DNA from: Eledone cirrhosa
Lineage: Eukaryota
Direction of reading: 5' to 3'
DNA length: 64,000 nucleotides
Assembly (NCBI GenBank): GCA_964016885.1
Contig: OZ024740.1
Span: 177,878,001-177,942,000 of the forward strand
Under the pieces are notes generated by a model. The model searched no databases. It was not told the origin of the DNA and saw only the letters and a list, made by a program, of their open reading frames with translations. How positions within the stretch are numbered: position 1 is the first letter of the stretch; each line of letters starts with the position of its first letter. Both the position numbers and the translations under genes were made by a program. Below, one piece after another: positions 1 through 15,227 of the stretch.

Positions 1-198
1 CAGGGTGTCGCCTACTTAGGTGGCAGACTTAATCTATCATGTCTTAGCATGACTAACTGCCCCTTGGATATCTTTTGCAAACATTTTAGCCTCCTTCACT
101 CTTACCAGTCAGAAAAGTCATGGAAAGGGGCAGGGCACTGATTTTCCTTCCACCTGATTAAATGATAAAAAGAACCAAATAGGTTACAATGTACTCAC

Positions 199-367
199 TT
201 GATATTCTTCATCGGAGAAAAAAGTACTTCAAAAATTAAGACAACATGATCAGCATTGTCACTTTTTGTGAAAGTCTTCAGAAGTTTGATTGAGACTATT
301 TTGGATAAAGTTACTTTAGCCTGATTTTCCAGGTATTCCAAATCAAATGCGATATCTGGAACAGCTC
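199..367 (-). CDS. CFAP47: Coding exon of CFAP47-like gene (most 3' exon in window; gene continues beyond left edge)
   Basis: Acceptor ctctcttttccag, donor AA|GTGAGT. 169 bp, phase 1 in and phase 2 out. Reads (G)AVPDIAFDLEYLENQAKVTLSKIVSIKLLKTFTKSDNADHVVLIFEVLFSPMKNI. In phase with exon 3066-3298. Not in ORF track. Confidence 0.8.
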
Positions 368-869
368 CTGGAAAAGAGAGTTAATTAAATAATCATCATT
401 GTAAACATTCAATCAATCCTGACAAAGTTCCTCCACAATTCACAATGTTCCATTGCTCCTGGCAACTACACCCAACTGATGTTTGTATCCTCAAACTTCA
501 CAATTAAAAGACGGAAACCTGATATAGGTGAGACATAGACAATTACCAATATGTAAAGGTAAATGAAGAGTTTGTAAAATTGACAATAATCTCTCCCACA
601 TACATACCTTCTTCCACATTCTGAACCAAAATATGTTTATGTTGAGCCTACAGCAAGATTTGAACTTAGAAGGTAAAGAATCACAACAAATATCACAAAA
701 CATCTTGTCCAATGCTCTGGTACTTTATTTTGTTGACGTGGTAAGGATGAAAGTTATGGTGGAATTTGAATACAGAGAACAGACAGGCAGAAAAAATACT
801 GCAAGGCATTTTAACCTGCACATTAATGATTCTGACAAGGAATTCAGTATATATATATATATATATATT

Positions 870-2960
870 TCTTTATTGGCCACTAAGGCTAAAACATAAA
901 GGACACTACAAAAAACAGTGTCAGTGGGGATTTACAAATGTTTAAACAAATAAACAGGTAATAGTTAACAATAAGATACACTCAACAGAAATCACCAATA
1001 AGATGGAGTACCACCAAAGAGGAATTTAGGAACCCAACAGATCTGAAAATACACTGATCTCTGAGAGCACTCTAGGAAGGTGTCCCTCTCCCATGTGAAC
1101 ACACCAGCTTACAGGCGCATGCTCAGTACACTCACCCACCTTTTAACAAATGTACTGGAGAGCAGCACTTCCCTCTCTTCCCAAATGGAACTTGAAAAAG
1201 GTGATGACAGCTTGGCTGAAGAGGTAAATGTCTGTCTTCAGTCCTTTCAGTTGTGTCCACCGTACATCCTCTTTTGCTACAGCCACCAGATAGAGGAGAA
1301 CTGCCTACCTTTCCTGGCCAAAAGAAGATAGTGGGGGGATCTTCATATAGTCAGCCAATAGCTGGATCTATCCTACACACAACAATAGCTCCACAAGTCA
1401 GCAACACTAGGACACTGGATGAGTGTTTGCAGAAGGGAATCATCACCCTGTGTACATCTCAAACTGCTTCATTTGACAGCACTTCCGTACCTGTAGAATC
1501 TGTCTCAATCCAGTAGTGCTCCCTGGTAGCACTGCCAGGTGAGAGATTTCGAGGTGGTGAGAGCAGCCCTCAGATCGCTGAAACTCACGGAGGAGATGAC
1601 GAAGGACCGTGACAAGTGGAGCGATGCTCTGCTGAATAGGACCCATCCCACCCTTGCAAGCAGGGAAAAGCAGACGTAAAATGATGATGATGATGATGTC
1701 CATAGTCCTCTGCTCAAAAGTTCTCTAGGACAGACTGGCTAGTTTGTTCTCATTGGCATCTAGAGTCTCTCCGAGAGCGTCATTGCTCATGCTCACCACT
1801 AGCCCACAATAGAACACAAGATTGGAATTTCCACTGACCCCATTGCTTGATTGGTTGTGAACACCTGAGAACATTGAAGATGCCAGGCACCTAGTCATAG
1901 TCTTCGCTTGACCCATGACTGTAGCTCAGTTAAAGAGACAAGTTGCAGAAAAATGCACCTCACAAAAGGAATCACCATTTAGGAATATCTGAAGATGTCA
2001 TAGCCTCAGCGCATGTTTGAGGAATATCAGCCACAGTAGAGAAGTTAAAGAGCAGGTGCTCCAAATAGTGAGGCACAGACAGAAGCAAGTCACAGATCAT
2101 GGATGTGATGTATATGTTTGCCCCCTCTGCCTGACTTTTCAGGGATAGTTTCCTCTCGGTCCATTTCTGGGTGAGAGTTGCCACCCTATTCATTATCTTA
2201 TTCTTGTTCTTATCCACCCAGAAGTCTGGCCAAAACCAGACCCTGAGCAATTTCACTGGTCTGTCCATCCAGTGTCAGACAATGTTGTTGAACAACTTGA
2301 ATTTACCTCCCCAGAAGCCGAGCTGCAATCCCACCGACTTGACTGGGTTGAAATTTGCTCCTGCCAATCTTTCATATTCCTCTAAAAAGTTGCTGACCAC
2401 CTTGATTTGATTTTGAAGATGTTTGACACCATCACAGTGATGTCATCACTGTATCTCAATGCAGTGCTTCCCCATCCCAGTTCAAGCTGGATGCTACAAC
2501 AGTCCCAGCTTCTGCTGTAATGGCTTGAGGGTCTGTATGTACAGAAGGGAGGAGAGAAGGCATCCTTAACAGACTGAGAATGTGATCTGGAATGGTTCTG
2601 AGGGGGATGAGGGGGCATTTACTTTGATCACTGACTGAACAAATGCTGCTGTGCATAGTAGCAATCCACTCTCTGAAGACTGAACCGAATCTGGCTGCCT
2701 TGAGGACAGCCTCCAGTTATTGATGATCAATCCTATCGAAAGCTTTCGATTGATCCAAATTAATCAGAGCCCAATAGGAACCAGGTTTACTCCCTATTCT
2801 CTCTATGATATGATGTATTGCATGAAGTTGAGGTTGTCTTATATAGACCTGGTCGGGATTGTGCAAGTTTGTGCCTCCACTACCAGACTCTTGATGACAA
2901 GTGCCAACCTCATTGTTAATACCTTGGCCAAAATCTGAAACTTTGTATTGAGTAAAAGGA
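870..2960 (-). mobile_element. Decayed Tx1/L1-clade non-LTR retrotransposon (RT to 3' end), interrupted by an RTE 3' fragment
   Basis: Minus-strand remnants ILAKVLTMRL...AQTC...INLDQSKAFDRIDHQ (RT) and VKLLRVWF...W.ERKLSLK. The 3' part matches the copy at 63400-64000. Many stops and frameshifts. Confidence 0.75.
1545..1700 (+). mobile_element. RTE LINE 3'-end fragment (subfamily B) with (ATG)n tail, nested in the Tx1 remnant
   Basis: Closely similar to 40830-40980 (agatcgctgaa...cccacccttgcaagcagggaaaagc.gacgtaaaatgatgatg). Confidence 0.8.
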
Positions 2961-3065
2961 CTCTAAGTACTGTCCTTCCCTCCCTGGCAAAACAGCTAAA
3001 AAAGAAAATTATACAAAAGTCAATACATAGACTGACATTAGGCAGTATTAGAATTCACAACCCAC

Positions 3066-3298
3066 CTTCATGATCATTTGCGAATTCAGGGAATGTTATA
3101 TCATGTCCAGTCAAAACCTTTGCACTAAGTACTGTGTCATCAATATCATCCATCTTTGTGGTCAAGTTTATCACCAACTGGTAGTGAGCTGAGTTTCTCA
3201 CATCACATTCAAAATAACTCATTGGCATCTGTTCAATATCTTGGTACTCAGGTATGCCGATGATGGGGAATGTCCAGTTTATGGTACTTAATGATATA
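3066..3298 (-). CDS. CFAP47: Coding exon of CFAP47-like gene
   Basis: Acceptor tttttttttcaag, donor G|GTGGGT. 233 bp, phase 2 in and phase 1 out. Reads ISLSTINWTFPIIGIPEYQDIEQMPMSYFECDVRN...FANDHE. The W.FPI.GIPE motif resembles CFAP47 as recalled. Confidence 0.85.
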
Positions 3299-4189
3299 CT
3301 TGAAAAAAAAAAACATTTTATAAATATTTTAATTGATTCAAATTTTACAAATGCAATGCAAAAGTACAATATGTGGCTGAATGTATAAGTACTTGTGTGT
3401 GTGTATGTGCGTGTGTGCGCGCACGCGTGTGTGTGTGTGTGTGGCTTCACAAACATAAGGTAGTGGGTTCAGTCTCATATTGGAGAAGTGTCATTTACCA
3501 CAGCCTTGGGTTGATCCAAGCCTTTTAAGTGAACCTATATAGATTGAAACGCTTTGAAAGTCCAGTAATTTAAAAGGCCAGGCAAGCTTTTTTCATGACC
3601 AAGCTACCTCATGATTGAACAATAGGAAACCTCATTGTCAAAACCAACAGTGATCTATTTAGAGTCTTTTAGAGAGTATGGTCAGTATTTCAGAGTATTT
3701 TACAATAATGATTATTATATCAACGTGCTGATAGGTCAAATACTCCACTCTGTTAACAGTACATTGACCTTTCTGCTGGCAACCTATCAACCAGACACCA
3801 CCCTTACACAAGCAGTTCCCGCCCTGTCAACACTGAATTCAATCATATCCGTATTACCAGCCTGGAGTGGGAACAATGCTTCTTCCTTGACTAATCTATA
3901 AAAAGAAAATGAAGGTTTATTAGTTTCTTTTACATAATTCAGAATAGACTTCTCCTGCTCTTCATTCATTAAAGAAGATTGCTGAATTAAATAAGTAGAT
4001 TGTAGCAGTTAGGAGAGTAAGGTACAGGTCATGGACTAAGAATGTTTGGTAGATGAGGTTGATTCATAATGCATTGCTAACACTGGAGTGATGTGGAAAC
4101 TTGATGAAAAGTACTTAATTCTGTCTCACTCTCAATCTCACAACCAGTTTCTCACACTCACACACACACACCATTAATGTGCTGCCAAG

Positions 4190-4992
4190 CACTTGAAGTA
4201 GACAGAGCCTGTGGAACAGAAAGACCAAGGAAGACATGGAACAACATTTTGAAAAATGATTTTAAGACACTGGACCTCATAAAGATGACACATGACTGAG
4301 TTACCTGGCAATATGGCATAATACAAAAGACCCACCTACAAGAACAACCACTGTAATGATGAAAATAAATGTGGTAAAAGAGTGAAGACTATGTAGAGAT
4401 TTCTCTTTAGGCTACAGTGGATGAGACTAAACTTTGCATCATAATGGAACATTCCAGTACCACACCCCTTCACCCTACCCCCATTTAGAAAGGACAGCCT
4501 GAACCTGTCAAGTACCTGACAACTTCTCTAATGTTGGTGCTATTATAAAATGCACCCAAAACATTCTGTAATGGGGTCAGCAATAAAACGAAGACAGTAT
4601 AGGTTAGAGAAGGCTCTTCAGTCCAACCAGGCTTATAACAGCCTTTCCAGTGTTGGTTCATCAATAAAATGCACCCACTACACTCTGTAAAGTAGTACGG
4701 AGGATGATATGATAACATAGACACAGTATACTATTAAAGTGGTTGGCAATTCAGCAGAGATAATATAGAGTAGAGAAGACTTTAGTCTGGCAAATCACAT
4801 GAAAACATCTCTAGTGTTTGTGCTAATGCCATGATATAATGCACCCAGTACACTCTATAATGTGGTAGGCATTAGGAATTGCACCCATTCTGAGAAACTA
4901 TGCCAAACATTAAACATATAAGGAAGATGAGTTCTTTCAAGCCCATCTAACTCATTCCAGCATGGAAGACAGATGTAAAATGATATGATGAT
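4190..4992 (+). mobile_element. Old, degraded RTE 3' region
   Basis: gaaagaccaaggaagacatgg (RPRKTW motif), repeated aatgcacccagtacactct segments, and gatgtaaaatgatatgatgatg tail. Confidence 0.5.
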
Positions 4993-5074
4993 GATAATAT
5001 ATAATTTGGGGGTTTGCTTGCTCTTATTCTAAAATTTCATTTAAGGAATATAAATACAAGCAAGATGGGCTTAC

Positions 5075-5282
5075 CTTTTAAAATGCCACTTCTCATCTTT
5101 GGTACTATTGATGGATACGATACATAAGACACGGTACGTAGTCCTGGTAATTGGGTTAAAGTTTATGGGGATGCCCAATGTCTGAAAGGGTCCTAGCAAA
5201 ATATTGTTCTTTTTAATCAAATCAATATTGAAAACTGATGGTATTGATAGCTGTGAGTTGAAGATGTGTTTATCAGAAAGAT
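5075..5282 (-). CDS. CFAP47: Coding exon of CFAP47-like gene (downstream of the satellite intron)
   Basis: Pyrimidine tract then ...ctggaag| acceptor, donor AG|GTAAGC. 208 bp, phase 1 in and phase 2 out. Reads (D)LSDKHIFNSQLSIPSVFNIDLIKKNNILLGPFQTLGIPINFNPITRTTYRVLCIVSINSTKDEKWHFK. The acceptor is a weaker AAG, so the 5' boundary is less certain. Confidence 0.8.
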
Positions 5283-7519
5283 CTTCCAGGTAATATATGG
5301 AGAAAAAAGAAAGAGAGAACGAAAATAATAAAAATGGTAGAAAGATAACACAAGACTCCCAAAAATCAAAACAAAAGAAAACATTGAGTGTGATATAAAT
5401 AGGAAATGTATTGAAGCAATAACTACTGCTACTAGTAGTATTAATACTGTTGCTACTATTACTATTAGTAGTATTACTGCTACTGCCTCCACCACCACTA
5501 CATCTCATCAAGATCACTACCAGCACTACCAACAACAACAGTCCCACATCTCAGTTCCCCTTCACTACCCACTAAGAACAACAACAACAAATCAAAAAGA
5601 AAACGTATATAAATCTAATCCTTGGACAATGATTAAAAAATATAGTTTTTTCTTTCTTTGTAAGTCCACAGAATAGTATGGAAAGATTGGTGGGGCTGTA
5701 ACGTGAACACTTCTTTAACATAGCAAATTCCAAGAGAGAGAGAGGGAGTCAGGGAAGGAGAAACAACTGGTATTTTATCTATTGATTCCAAAATGTTGAA
5801 AGGTGAAGATGAACATGAGATTTTAATTCAATACACAGAGAATGAGAACAAACACTGCAAGGTAGTCCCACATACCAATGAAACTGCTAATTTGTGGCCA
5901 TCAGCATGCAATGCACAGTTGACTGAACAATCATCTCAGCATATTTTATCAACCCCAGAGGAATGCAAGTTAAAATGAACTCTGGTGAGATCTGAAATCA
6001 GAACATAGAAGACCACAATTCTTCTTCTTTCCTTTTTCTGTTAAATGATCAACAACATCTGACCTCATTCGCTTATCAAGTGGGATGGAACTCATAAAAT
6101 TAGACCAAGGAAACAATGTCTTTCCATTGTTGAATATATCTACTTTGAAATAAAGTGTCTTGCTTAATGGAATAACACATCACCCAGTCTGGGAATCAAA
6201 CTCACAACCTTATAATTGTAAATCCAACTCTCTAAACATTAAGACACTTAAATACTACAAACTATTTAGTGTTGCTCTTAACTGGTTCGGGTCCACCACT
6301 TTTATGGATTAATATATTTTGAATGTAGAACATTGGCACAAAGTCTTAAATTGTGTGTTGAGGGCACAATTGATTACATGGAACTCTCTACAGTGATTTC
6401 CCTGGATTACTTTAATGCAATCTATGGTTAAATACATACGTTCCAATCTCTTCCAAGGTAGCTAATATAGCCACATTTGTATTTGTTTTCAGCATACAAA
6501 GAGCCTGAACAAATACTGCAATACAGTCCATGTGTCACTCTAATGAAACCACTTGTTCACCACCTTATATTAGTACTTTATTTATTGACCCTGAAATGAT
6601 GAACGGCAAAGTTGACGATGGCAGTGATATGGATTTAGAATAAATGCCACAAGACATTTTATTCGCCACTTTAACATTTCTGTCAATTCAGTGTCTATAC
6701 TTCACTGGTACTTATTTCATCAACCTCAGAAGGAGACAATGAAGGAAGCCCCAGCATGAAACAGCATCTAAATTTTCCTCAAATCACACTCTACTATAGA
6801 AAAAATATGAAGGATATATTGAATAATGTTGTCTAAAATATATTATGTCTATGAAAGAGAATAAAAGAAATGGGACCGTGATGGCTGGGACCCTTTTAAT
6901 CATTGATCAGTTAGGGCTAATCTAAAATGACAAAAGTTTCAGAAAGATGAAGAATGAAGAACAAAGTCAACCATGGAGGTATTTGAACTTAGAAAGTAAG
7001 AGGGAGGTATGTAACTAAATATAGCCAAATTAAGTTTTTCAGTGCTCTATCCATGCTGACATTCAACATTCCCTTGTAGATGTAAAAATATTAAAGATAG
7101 AAATAAACAAAGAAAAAGATAAGGGGAAAAATGAAATTTATTGGTTTAAGTAGAGAAAATGACAGCCACAGCATCTGGTCATTGGCTTTCATATTTATCA
7201 ACAAGATTAGATCTGATGAACAAATATTCTAAATTTCCTGTATCTAGGTGCCCCATCATTTCTTTATCTTTAAATCTGACTCAAACAATTTCTAACTTCA
7301 TTCAGCTTGTAATATTTCTTAGTTCCATTGATAGCTTAATATGTCCCCCATCAACAATTTACCACCTCACACACACACGTCAGTCATAAAACACATACAC
7401 ATATACAAATAAACTGCACCATTCTGGTGGCACTTTCTTTCCTACATAACTAGAGATTTTTATCAATTCTAGCCCAGAAGATAACTCAATTTCCTTTCAA
7501 GAATTTCACATCTGAATTC

Positions 7520-7712
7520 TAATAATTGTTTCTACTTTTGGCACAAGGCCAGCAATTACCAGTGCATTACTGGTACTTTATTTTATCGACCCTGTAAGGA
7601 TGAAAGGCCAAGTTAACCTCGGCGGGATTTGAACTCAGAATGGCAAGGGCCGTAACTCTATACGTCAAAGCATGGCATCCGACCCTCTACCAATACTGCC
7701 AATCCACCGCCA
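7520..7712 (-). mobile_element. tRNA-derived SINE with Meta-like core (MetaSINE-type)
   Basis: Reverse complement of ggcggtggattggcagt...gagttcaaatcccgccgaggttaac..gcctttcatccttacagggtcgataaaataaagtaccag...gtagaaacaattatt. Many copies in window. Confidence 0.75.
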
Positions 7713-8555
7713 TCTGAATTCTAATAATGGTATTAATGCAATGCTGTATTTTTATCTTTTTGTTAATTTTTGTTTCTTGATTTAAAAAAAAATTTTTTTA
7801 CTGTATTTGTTTACTCATACTTGGTTACATGAAAATAAAGAATTGATAGCTTTTTGAATTGCCTACTTTATTTGTATTATGCAAGACAGTGAGTTCTCAA
7901 ACTTAAATGTTAGTGTTGGTAGCAGTGTGAAGAAACCAGCCATCATACTTACTAATAGTAATAAATTCATACGTTGATAAACAATCAACAAAATGCCCGA
8001 AATGAGATGCTCAACATCTCTACAAATCTAAGTCTGTATTATGAAAGCTAAATTAATGTTAACATTAATTTATCACCAATGTTAACACATTGGTGACAGG
8101 AAGAGTATCCATTCATAGAAAACCTACCAAAGAAAGTGTTAGGAGGACGCTTCAGCTGTGTCAGAGACATGACAATCTCCCTAGTGTTGGGGTCATGATA
8201 AAATACACTCGGTGGAGCACAGAATCATATATAAGCAGGATCATATACGGGCTGCCAGCTAATCATATCACTAAGAAGAGTGCAAGAACAGTTCTAAGTG
8301 AGATGCCACCCGTAGCCAATCAGTAGCTGCAGTAACAACGATGGTGGCATTGACGGCAATGACGACATTAGAAAAGGCTAACTAGAAATAATTACGTGTT
8401 GAGTAAAAAATGATATCCTTTGATTCATTTCTGTGCTGTACTGCAATAACAAGAGCAATAAGAGCAACATTAAAAACAACAATTTATTTCAAAATATCAT
8501 CTCTGGAACTCTGAAAAACAATCAAATAAATAAAAAAAAAAGATAACATTACATT

Positions 8556-11500
8556 TCTTTCTCTCTCCCTCACACTATCTCTCTGTCTTACCTGATAACT
8601 TGACACACTCTCTCTGTCTTACCTGATAACTTGACACTCTCTCTCTCACTATCTCTGTCTTACCTGATAACTTGACACACTCTCTCTGTCTCTTACCTGA
8701 TAACTTGACACTCTCTCTCTCACTATCTCTGTCTCTCACCTGATAACTTGACACTCTCTCTCACTATCTCTGTCTTACCTGATAACTTGACACACTCTCT
8801 CTGTCTTACCTGATAACTTGACACTCTCTCTCTCACTATCTCTGTCTCTCACCTGATAACTTGACACTCTCTCTCTCACACTATCTCTATCTCTTACCTG
8901 ATAACTTGACACTCTCTCTCTCTCTCACTATCTCTCTCTCTTACCTGATAACTTGACACTCTCTCTCTCTCACTATCTCTGTCTCTTACCTGATAAGTTG
9001 ACACTCTCTCTCTCACACTATCTCTGTCTCTCACCTGATAACTTGACACTCTCTCTCTCTCTCACACTATCTCTGTCTCTCACCTGGTAACTTGACACTC
9101 TCTCTCTCTCACACTATCTCTGTCTCTTACCTGATAACTTGACACTCTCTCTCTCTCTCACTATCTCTTACCTGATAACTTGACTCTCTCTCTCTCTCTC
9201 ACTATCTCTGTCTCTTACCTGATAACTTGACACTCTCTCTCTCTCACACTATCTCTTACCTGATAACTTGACACTCTCTCTCTCACTATCTCTGTCTCTT
9301 ACCTGATAACTTGACACTCTCTCTCTCTCTCACTATCTCTTACCTGATAACTTGACACTCTCTCTCTCTCTCACTATCTCTGTCTCTTACCTGATAACTT
9401 GACACTCTCTCTCTCTCTCACTATCTCTCTCTCTTACCTGATAACTTGACACTCTCTCTCTCTCTCTCACTATCTCTGTCTCTTACCTGATAACTTGACA
9501 CTCTCTCTCTCTCTCACTATCTCTCTCTCTTACCTGATAACTTGACACTCTCTCTCTCTCTCACTATCTCTCTCTCTTACCTGATAACTTGACACTCTCT
9601 CTCTCTCACACTATCTCTTACCTGATAACTTGACACTCTCTCTCTCTCTCACTATCTCTCTCTCTTACCTGATAACTTGACACTCTCTCTCTCTCACTAT
9701 CTCTGTCTCTTACCTGATAGGTTGACACTCTCTCTGTCTCCTACCTGATAACTTGACACTCTCTCTCTCTTACCTGACAACTTGACACTCTCTCTCTCTC
9801 TTACCTGATAACTTGACACTCTCTCTCTCTCTCACACTATCTCTGTCTCTCACCTGATAACTTGACACTCTCTCTCTCTCTCACTATCTCTCTCTCTTAC
9901 CTGATAACTTGACACTCTCTCTATCTCACTATCTCTGTCTCTTACCTGATAAGTTAACTCTCTCTCTCTCTCACTATCTCTGTCTCTTACCTGATAACTT
10001 GACACTCTCTCTCTCTCTCACACTATCTCTGTCTCTCACCTGATAACTTGACACTCTCTCTCTCACCTGATAACTTGACACTCTCTCTCTCTCACTATCT
10101 CTGTCTCTTACCTGATAAGTTGACACTCTCTCTCTCTCTCACTATCTCTGTCTCTTACCTGATAACTTGACACTCTCTCTCTCTCTCTCACACTATCTCT
10201 GTCTCCTACCTGATAACTTGACACTCTCTCTCTCTCTCACTATCTCTGTCTCTTACCTGATAGGTTGACACACTCTCTCTCTCACACTATCTCTGTCTCT
10301 CACCTGATAACTTGACACTCTCTCTCTCTCTCACTATCTCTGTCTCTTACCTGATAACTTGACACTCTCTCTCTCTCTCACTATCTCTGTCTCTCACCTG
10401 ATAATTTGACACTCTCTCTCTCTCTCTCACACTATCTCTGTCTGTTACCTGATAACGTGACACTGTCTCTCTCTCTCACACTATCTCTGTCTCCTACCTG
10501 ATAACTTGACACTCTCTCTCTCTCTCACACTATCTCTGTCTCTCACCTGATAACTTGACACTCTCTCTCTCTCTCACTATCTCTGTCTCTTACCTGATAA
10601 CTTGACACTCTCTCTCTCTCTCTCACACTATCTCTGTCTCTCACCTGATAACTTGACACTCTCTCTCTCTCTCACTATCTCTTACCTGATAACTTGACAC
10701 TCTCTCTCTCTCTCACTATCTCTGTCTCTTACCTGATAGATTGACACTCTCTCTCTCACACTATCTCTGTCTCTCACCTGATAACTTGACACTCTCTCTC
10801 TCTCTCACTATCTCTGTCTCTTACCTGATAGGTTGACACTCTCTCTCTCACACTATCTCTGTCTCTCACCTGATAACTTGACACTCTCTCCCTCTCACTA
10901 TCTCTGTCTCTTACCTGATAAATTGACACTCTCTCTCTCTCTCACTATCTCTGTCTCTTACCTGATAAGTTGACACTCTCTCTCTCACACTATCTCTGTC
11001 TCTCACCTGATAACTTGACACTCTCTCTCTCTCTCACTATCTCTGTCTCTTACCTGATAACTTGACACTCTCTCTCTCTCTCACTATCTCTTACCTGATA
11101 ACTTGACACTCTCTCTGTCTCTCACACTATCTCTGTCTCTCACCTGATAACTTGACACTCTCTCTCTCTCTCACTATCTCTCTCTCTTACCTGATAACTT
11201 GACACTCTCTCTCTCTCACTATCTCTGTCTCTTACCTGATAACTTGACACTCTCTCTCTCACTATCTCTGTCTCTTACCTGATAGGTTGACACTCTCTCT
11301 CTCACACTATCTCTGTCTCTCACCTGATAACTTGACACTCTCTCTCTCTCTCACTATCTCTGTCTCTTACCTGATAACTTGACACTCTCTCTCTCTCACT
11401 ATCTCTGTCTCTTACCTGATAAGTTGACACTCTCTCTCTCTCTCACTATCTCTGTCTCTTACCTGATAAGTTGACACTATCTCTCTCACACTATCTCTGT

Positions 11501-12270
11501 CTCTCACCTGATAACTTGACACTCTCTCTCTCTCTCACTATCTCTGTCTCTTACCTGATAACTTGACACTCTCTCTCTCTCTCACTATCTCTTACCTGAT
11601 AACTTGACACTCTCTCTCTCTCTCACACTATCTCCTATCTCTGTCTCTTACCTGATAACTTGACACTCTCTCTCTCTCTCTCACTATCTCTCTCTCTTAC
11701 CTGATAACTTGACACTCTCTCTCTCTCACTATCTCTGTCTCTTACCTGATAGGTTGACACTCTCTCTCTCACACTATCTCTGTCTCTCACCTGATAACTT
11801 GACACTCTCTCTCTCTCTCACTATCTCTGTCTCTTACCTGATAACTTGACACTCTCTCTCTCTCACTATCTCTGTCTCTTACCTGATAACTTGACACTCT
11901 CTCTCTCTCACTATCTCTGTCTCTTACCTGATAACTTGACACTCTCTCTCTCTCTCACTATCTCTGTCTCTTACCTGATAAGTTGACACTCTCTCTCTCA
12001 CACTATCTCTGTCTCTCACCTGATAACTTGACACTTTCTCTCTCTCACTATCTCTGTCTCTTACCTGACAACTTGACACTCTCTCTCTCCCTCTCACTAT
12101 CTCTGTCTCTTACCTGATAACTTGACACTCTCTCTCTCTCTCTCTCTCACTATCTCTGTCTCTTACCTGATAAGTTGACACTCTCTCTCTCTCACTATCT
12201 CTGTCTCTTACCTGATAGGTTGACACTCTCTCTCTCTCTCACTATCTCTGTCTCTTACCTGATAAGTTGA

Positions 12271-12312
<42 letters not shown>

Positions 12313-15183
12313 TACCTGATAACTTGACACTCTCTCTCTCTCTCTCTCACTATCTTTTACCTGATAACTTGACACTCTCTCACTATCACTGTCTCTTACC
12401 TGATAAGTTGACACTTTCTCTCTCTCTCTCTCACTATCTCTGTCTCCTACCTGATAGGTTAACACTCTCTCTCTCTCACTATCTCTGTCTCTTACCTGAC
12501 AACTTGACACTCTCTCTCTCTCTTACCTGATAACTTGACACTCTCTCTCTTACCTGATAACTTGACACTCTCTCTCTCTCTCTCACTATCTGTCTCTTAC
12601 CTGATAGGTTGACACACTCTCTCTCACACTATCTCTCTCTCTTACCTGATAACTTGACACTCTCTCTCTCACACTATCTCTGTCTCTTACCTGATAACTT
12701 GACACTCTCTCTCTCACACTATCTCTGTCTCTTACCTGATAACTTGACGCTCTCTCTCTCACACTATCTCTATCTCTTACCTGATAACTTGACACTCTCC
12801 CTCTCTCACTATCTCTTACCTGATAACTTGACACTCTCTCTCTCTCACTATCTCTCTCTCTTACCTGATAAGTTGACACTCTCTCTCTCTCTTACCTGAT
12901 AACTTGACACTCTCTCTCTCACACTATCTCTGTCTCTTACCTGATAACTTGACACTCTCTCTCTCACACTATCTCTGTCTCTTACCTGATAACTTGACAC
13001 TCTCTCTCTCACACTATCTCTGTCTCTCACCTGATAACTTGACACTCTCTCTCTCTCTCACGCTATCTCTGTCTCTTACCTGATAATTAGACACTCTCTC
13101 TCTCTCACTATCTCTGTATTTTACCTGATAACTTGACACTCTCTCTCTCACTATCTCTGTCTCTCACCTGATAAGTTGACACTTTCTCTCTCTCTCTCTC
13201 TCTCACACTATCTCTGTCTCTCACCTGATAACTTGACACTCTCTCTCTCTCACTATCTCTGTCTTTTACCTGATAACTTGACACTCTCTCTCTCTCTCAC
13301 TATCTCTGTCTCTCACCTGATAATTTGACACTCTCTCTCTCTCTCTCACACTATCTCTGTCTGTTACCTGATAACGTGACACTGTCTCTCTCTCTCACAC
13401 TATCTCTGTCTCCTACCTGATAACTTGACACTCTCTCTCTCTCTCACACTATCTCTGTCTCTCACCTGATAACTTGACACTCTCTCTCTCTCTCACTATC
13501 TCTGTCTCTTACCTGATAACTTGACACTCTCTCTCTCTCTCTCACACTATCTCTGTCTCTCACCTGATAACTTGACACTCTCTCTCTCTCTCACTATCTC
13601 TTACCTGATAACTTGACACTCTCTCTCTCTCTCACTATCTCTGTCTCTTACCTGATAGATTGACACTCTCTCTCTCACACTATCTCTGTCTCTCACCTGA
13701 TAACTTGACACTCTCTCTCTCTCTCACTATCTCTGTCTCTTACCTGATAGGTTGACACTCTCTCTCTCACACTATCTCTGTCTCTCACCTGATAACTTGA
13801 CACTCTCTCCCTCTCACTATCTCTGTCTCTTACCTGATAAATTGACACTCTCTCTCTCTCTCACTATCTCTGTCTCTTACCTGATAAGTTGACACTCTCT
13901 CTCTCACACTATCTCTGTCTCTCACCTGATAACTTGACACTCTCTCTCTCTCTCACTATCTCTGTCTCTTACCTGATAACTTGACACTCTCTCTCTCTCT
14001 CACTATCTCTTACCTGATAACTTGACACTCTCTCTGTCTCTCACACTATCTCTGTCTCTCACCTGATAACTTGACACTCTCTCTCTCTCTCACTATCTCT
14101 CTCTCTTACCTGATAACTTGACACTCTCTCTCTCTCACTATCTCTGTCTCTTACCTGATAACTTGACACTCTCTCTCTCACTATCTCTGTCTCTTACCTG
14201 ATAGGTTGACACTCTCTCTCTCACACTATCTCTGTCTCTCACCTGATAACTTGACACTCTCTCTCTCTCTCACTATCTCTGTCTCTTACCTGATAACTTG
14301 ACACTCTCTCTCTCTCACTATCTCTGTCTCTTACCTGATAAGTTGACACTCTCTCTCTCTCTCACTATCTCTGTCTCTTACCTGATAAGTTGACACTATC
14401 TCTCTCACACTATCTCTGTCTCTCACCTGATAACTTGACACTCTCTCTCTCTCTCACTATCTCTGTCTCTTACCTGATAACTTGACACTCTCTCTCTCTC
14501 TCACTATCTCTTACCTGATAACTTGACACTCTCTCTCTCTCTCACACTATCTCCTATCTCTGTCTCTTACCTGATAACTTGACACTCTCTCTCTCTCTCT
14601 CACTATCTCTCTCTCTTACCTGATAACTTGACACTCTCTCTCTCTCACTATCTCTGTCTCTTACCTGATAGGTTGACACTCTCTCTCTCACACTATCTCT
14701 GTCTCTCACCTGATAACTTGACACTCTCTCTCTCTCTCACTATCTCTGTCTCTTACCTGATAACTTGACACTCTCTCTCTCTCACTATCTCTGTCTCTTA
14801 CCTGATAACTTGACACTCTCTCTCTCTCACTATCTCTGTCTCTTACCTGATAACTTGACACTCTCTCTCTCTCTCACTATCTCTGTCTCTTACCTGATAA
14901 GTTGACACTCTCTCTCTCACACTATCTCTCACCTGATAACTTGACACTTTCTCTCTCTCACTATCTCTGTCTCTTACCTGACAACTTGACACTCTCTCTC
15001 TCCCTCTCACTATCTTTGTCTCTTACCTGATAACTTGACACTCTCTCTCTCTCTCTCTCTCACTATCTCTGTCTCTTACCTGATAAGTTGACACTCTCTC
15101 TCTCTCACTATCTCTGTCTCTTACCTGATAGGTTGACACTCTCTCTCTCTCTCACTATCTCTGTCTCTTACCTGATAAGTTGA

Positions 15184-15227
<44 letters not shown>

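Noticed and set aside
3635-3969. ORFs 3635-3901 (+) and 3787-3969 (-) as extra exons
   Set aside because: Exons 5075-5282 and 3066-3298 already join in phase, and no recognisable motif or clear splice-site pair was found.
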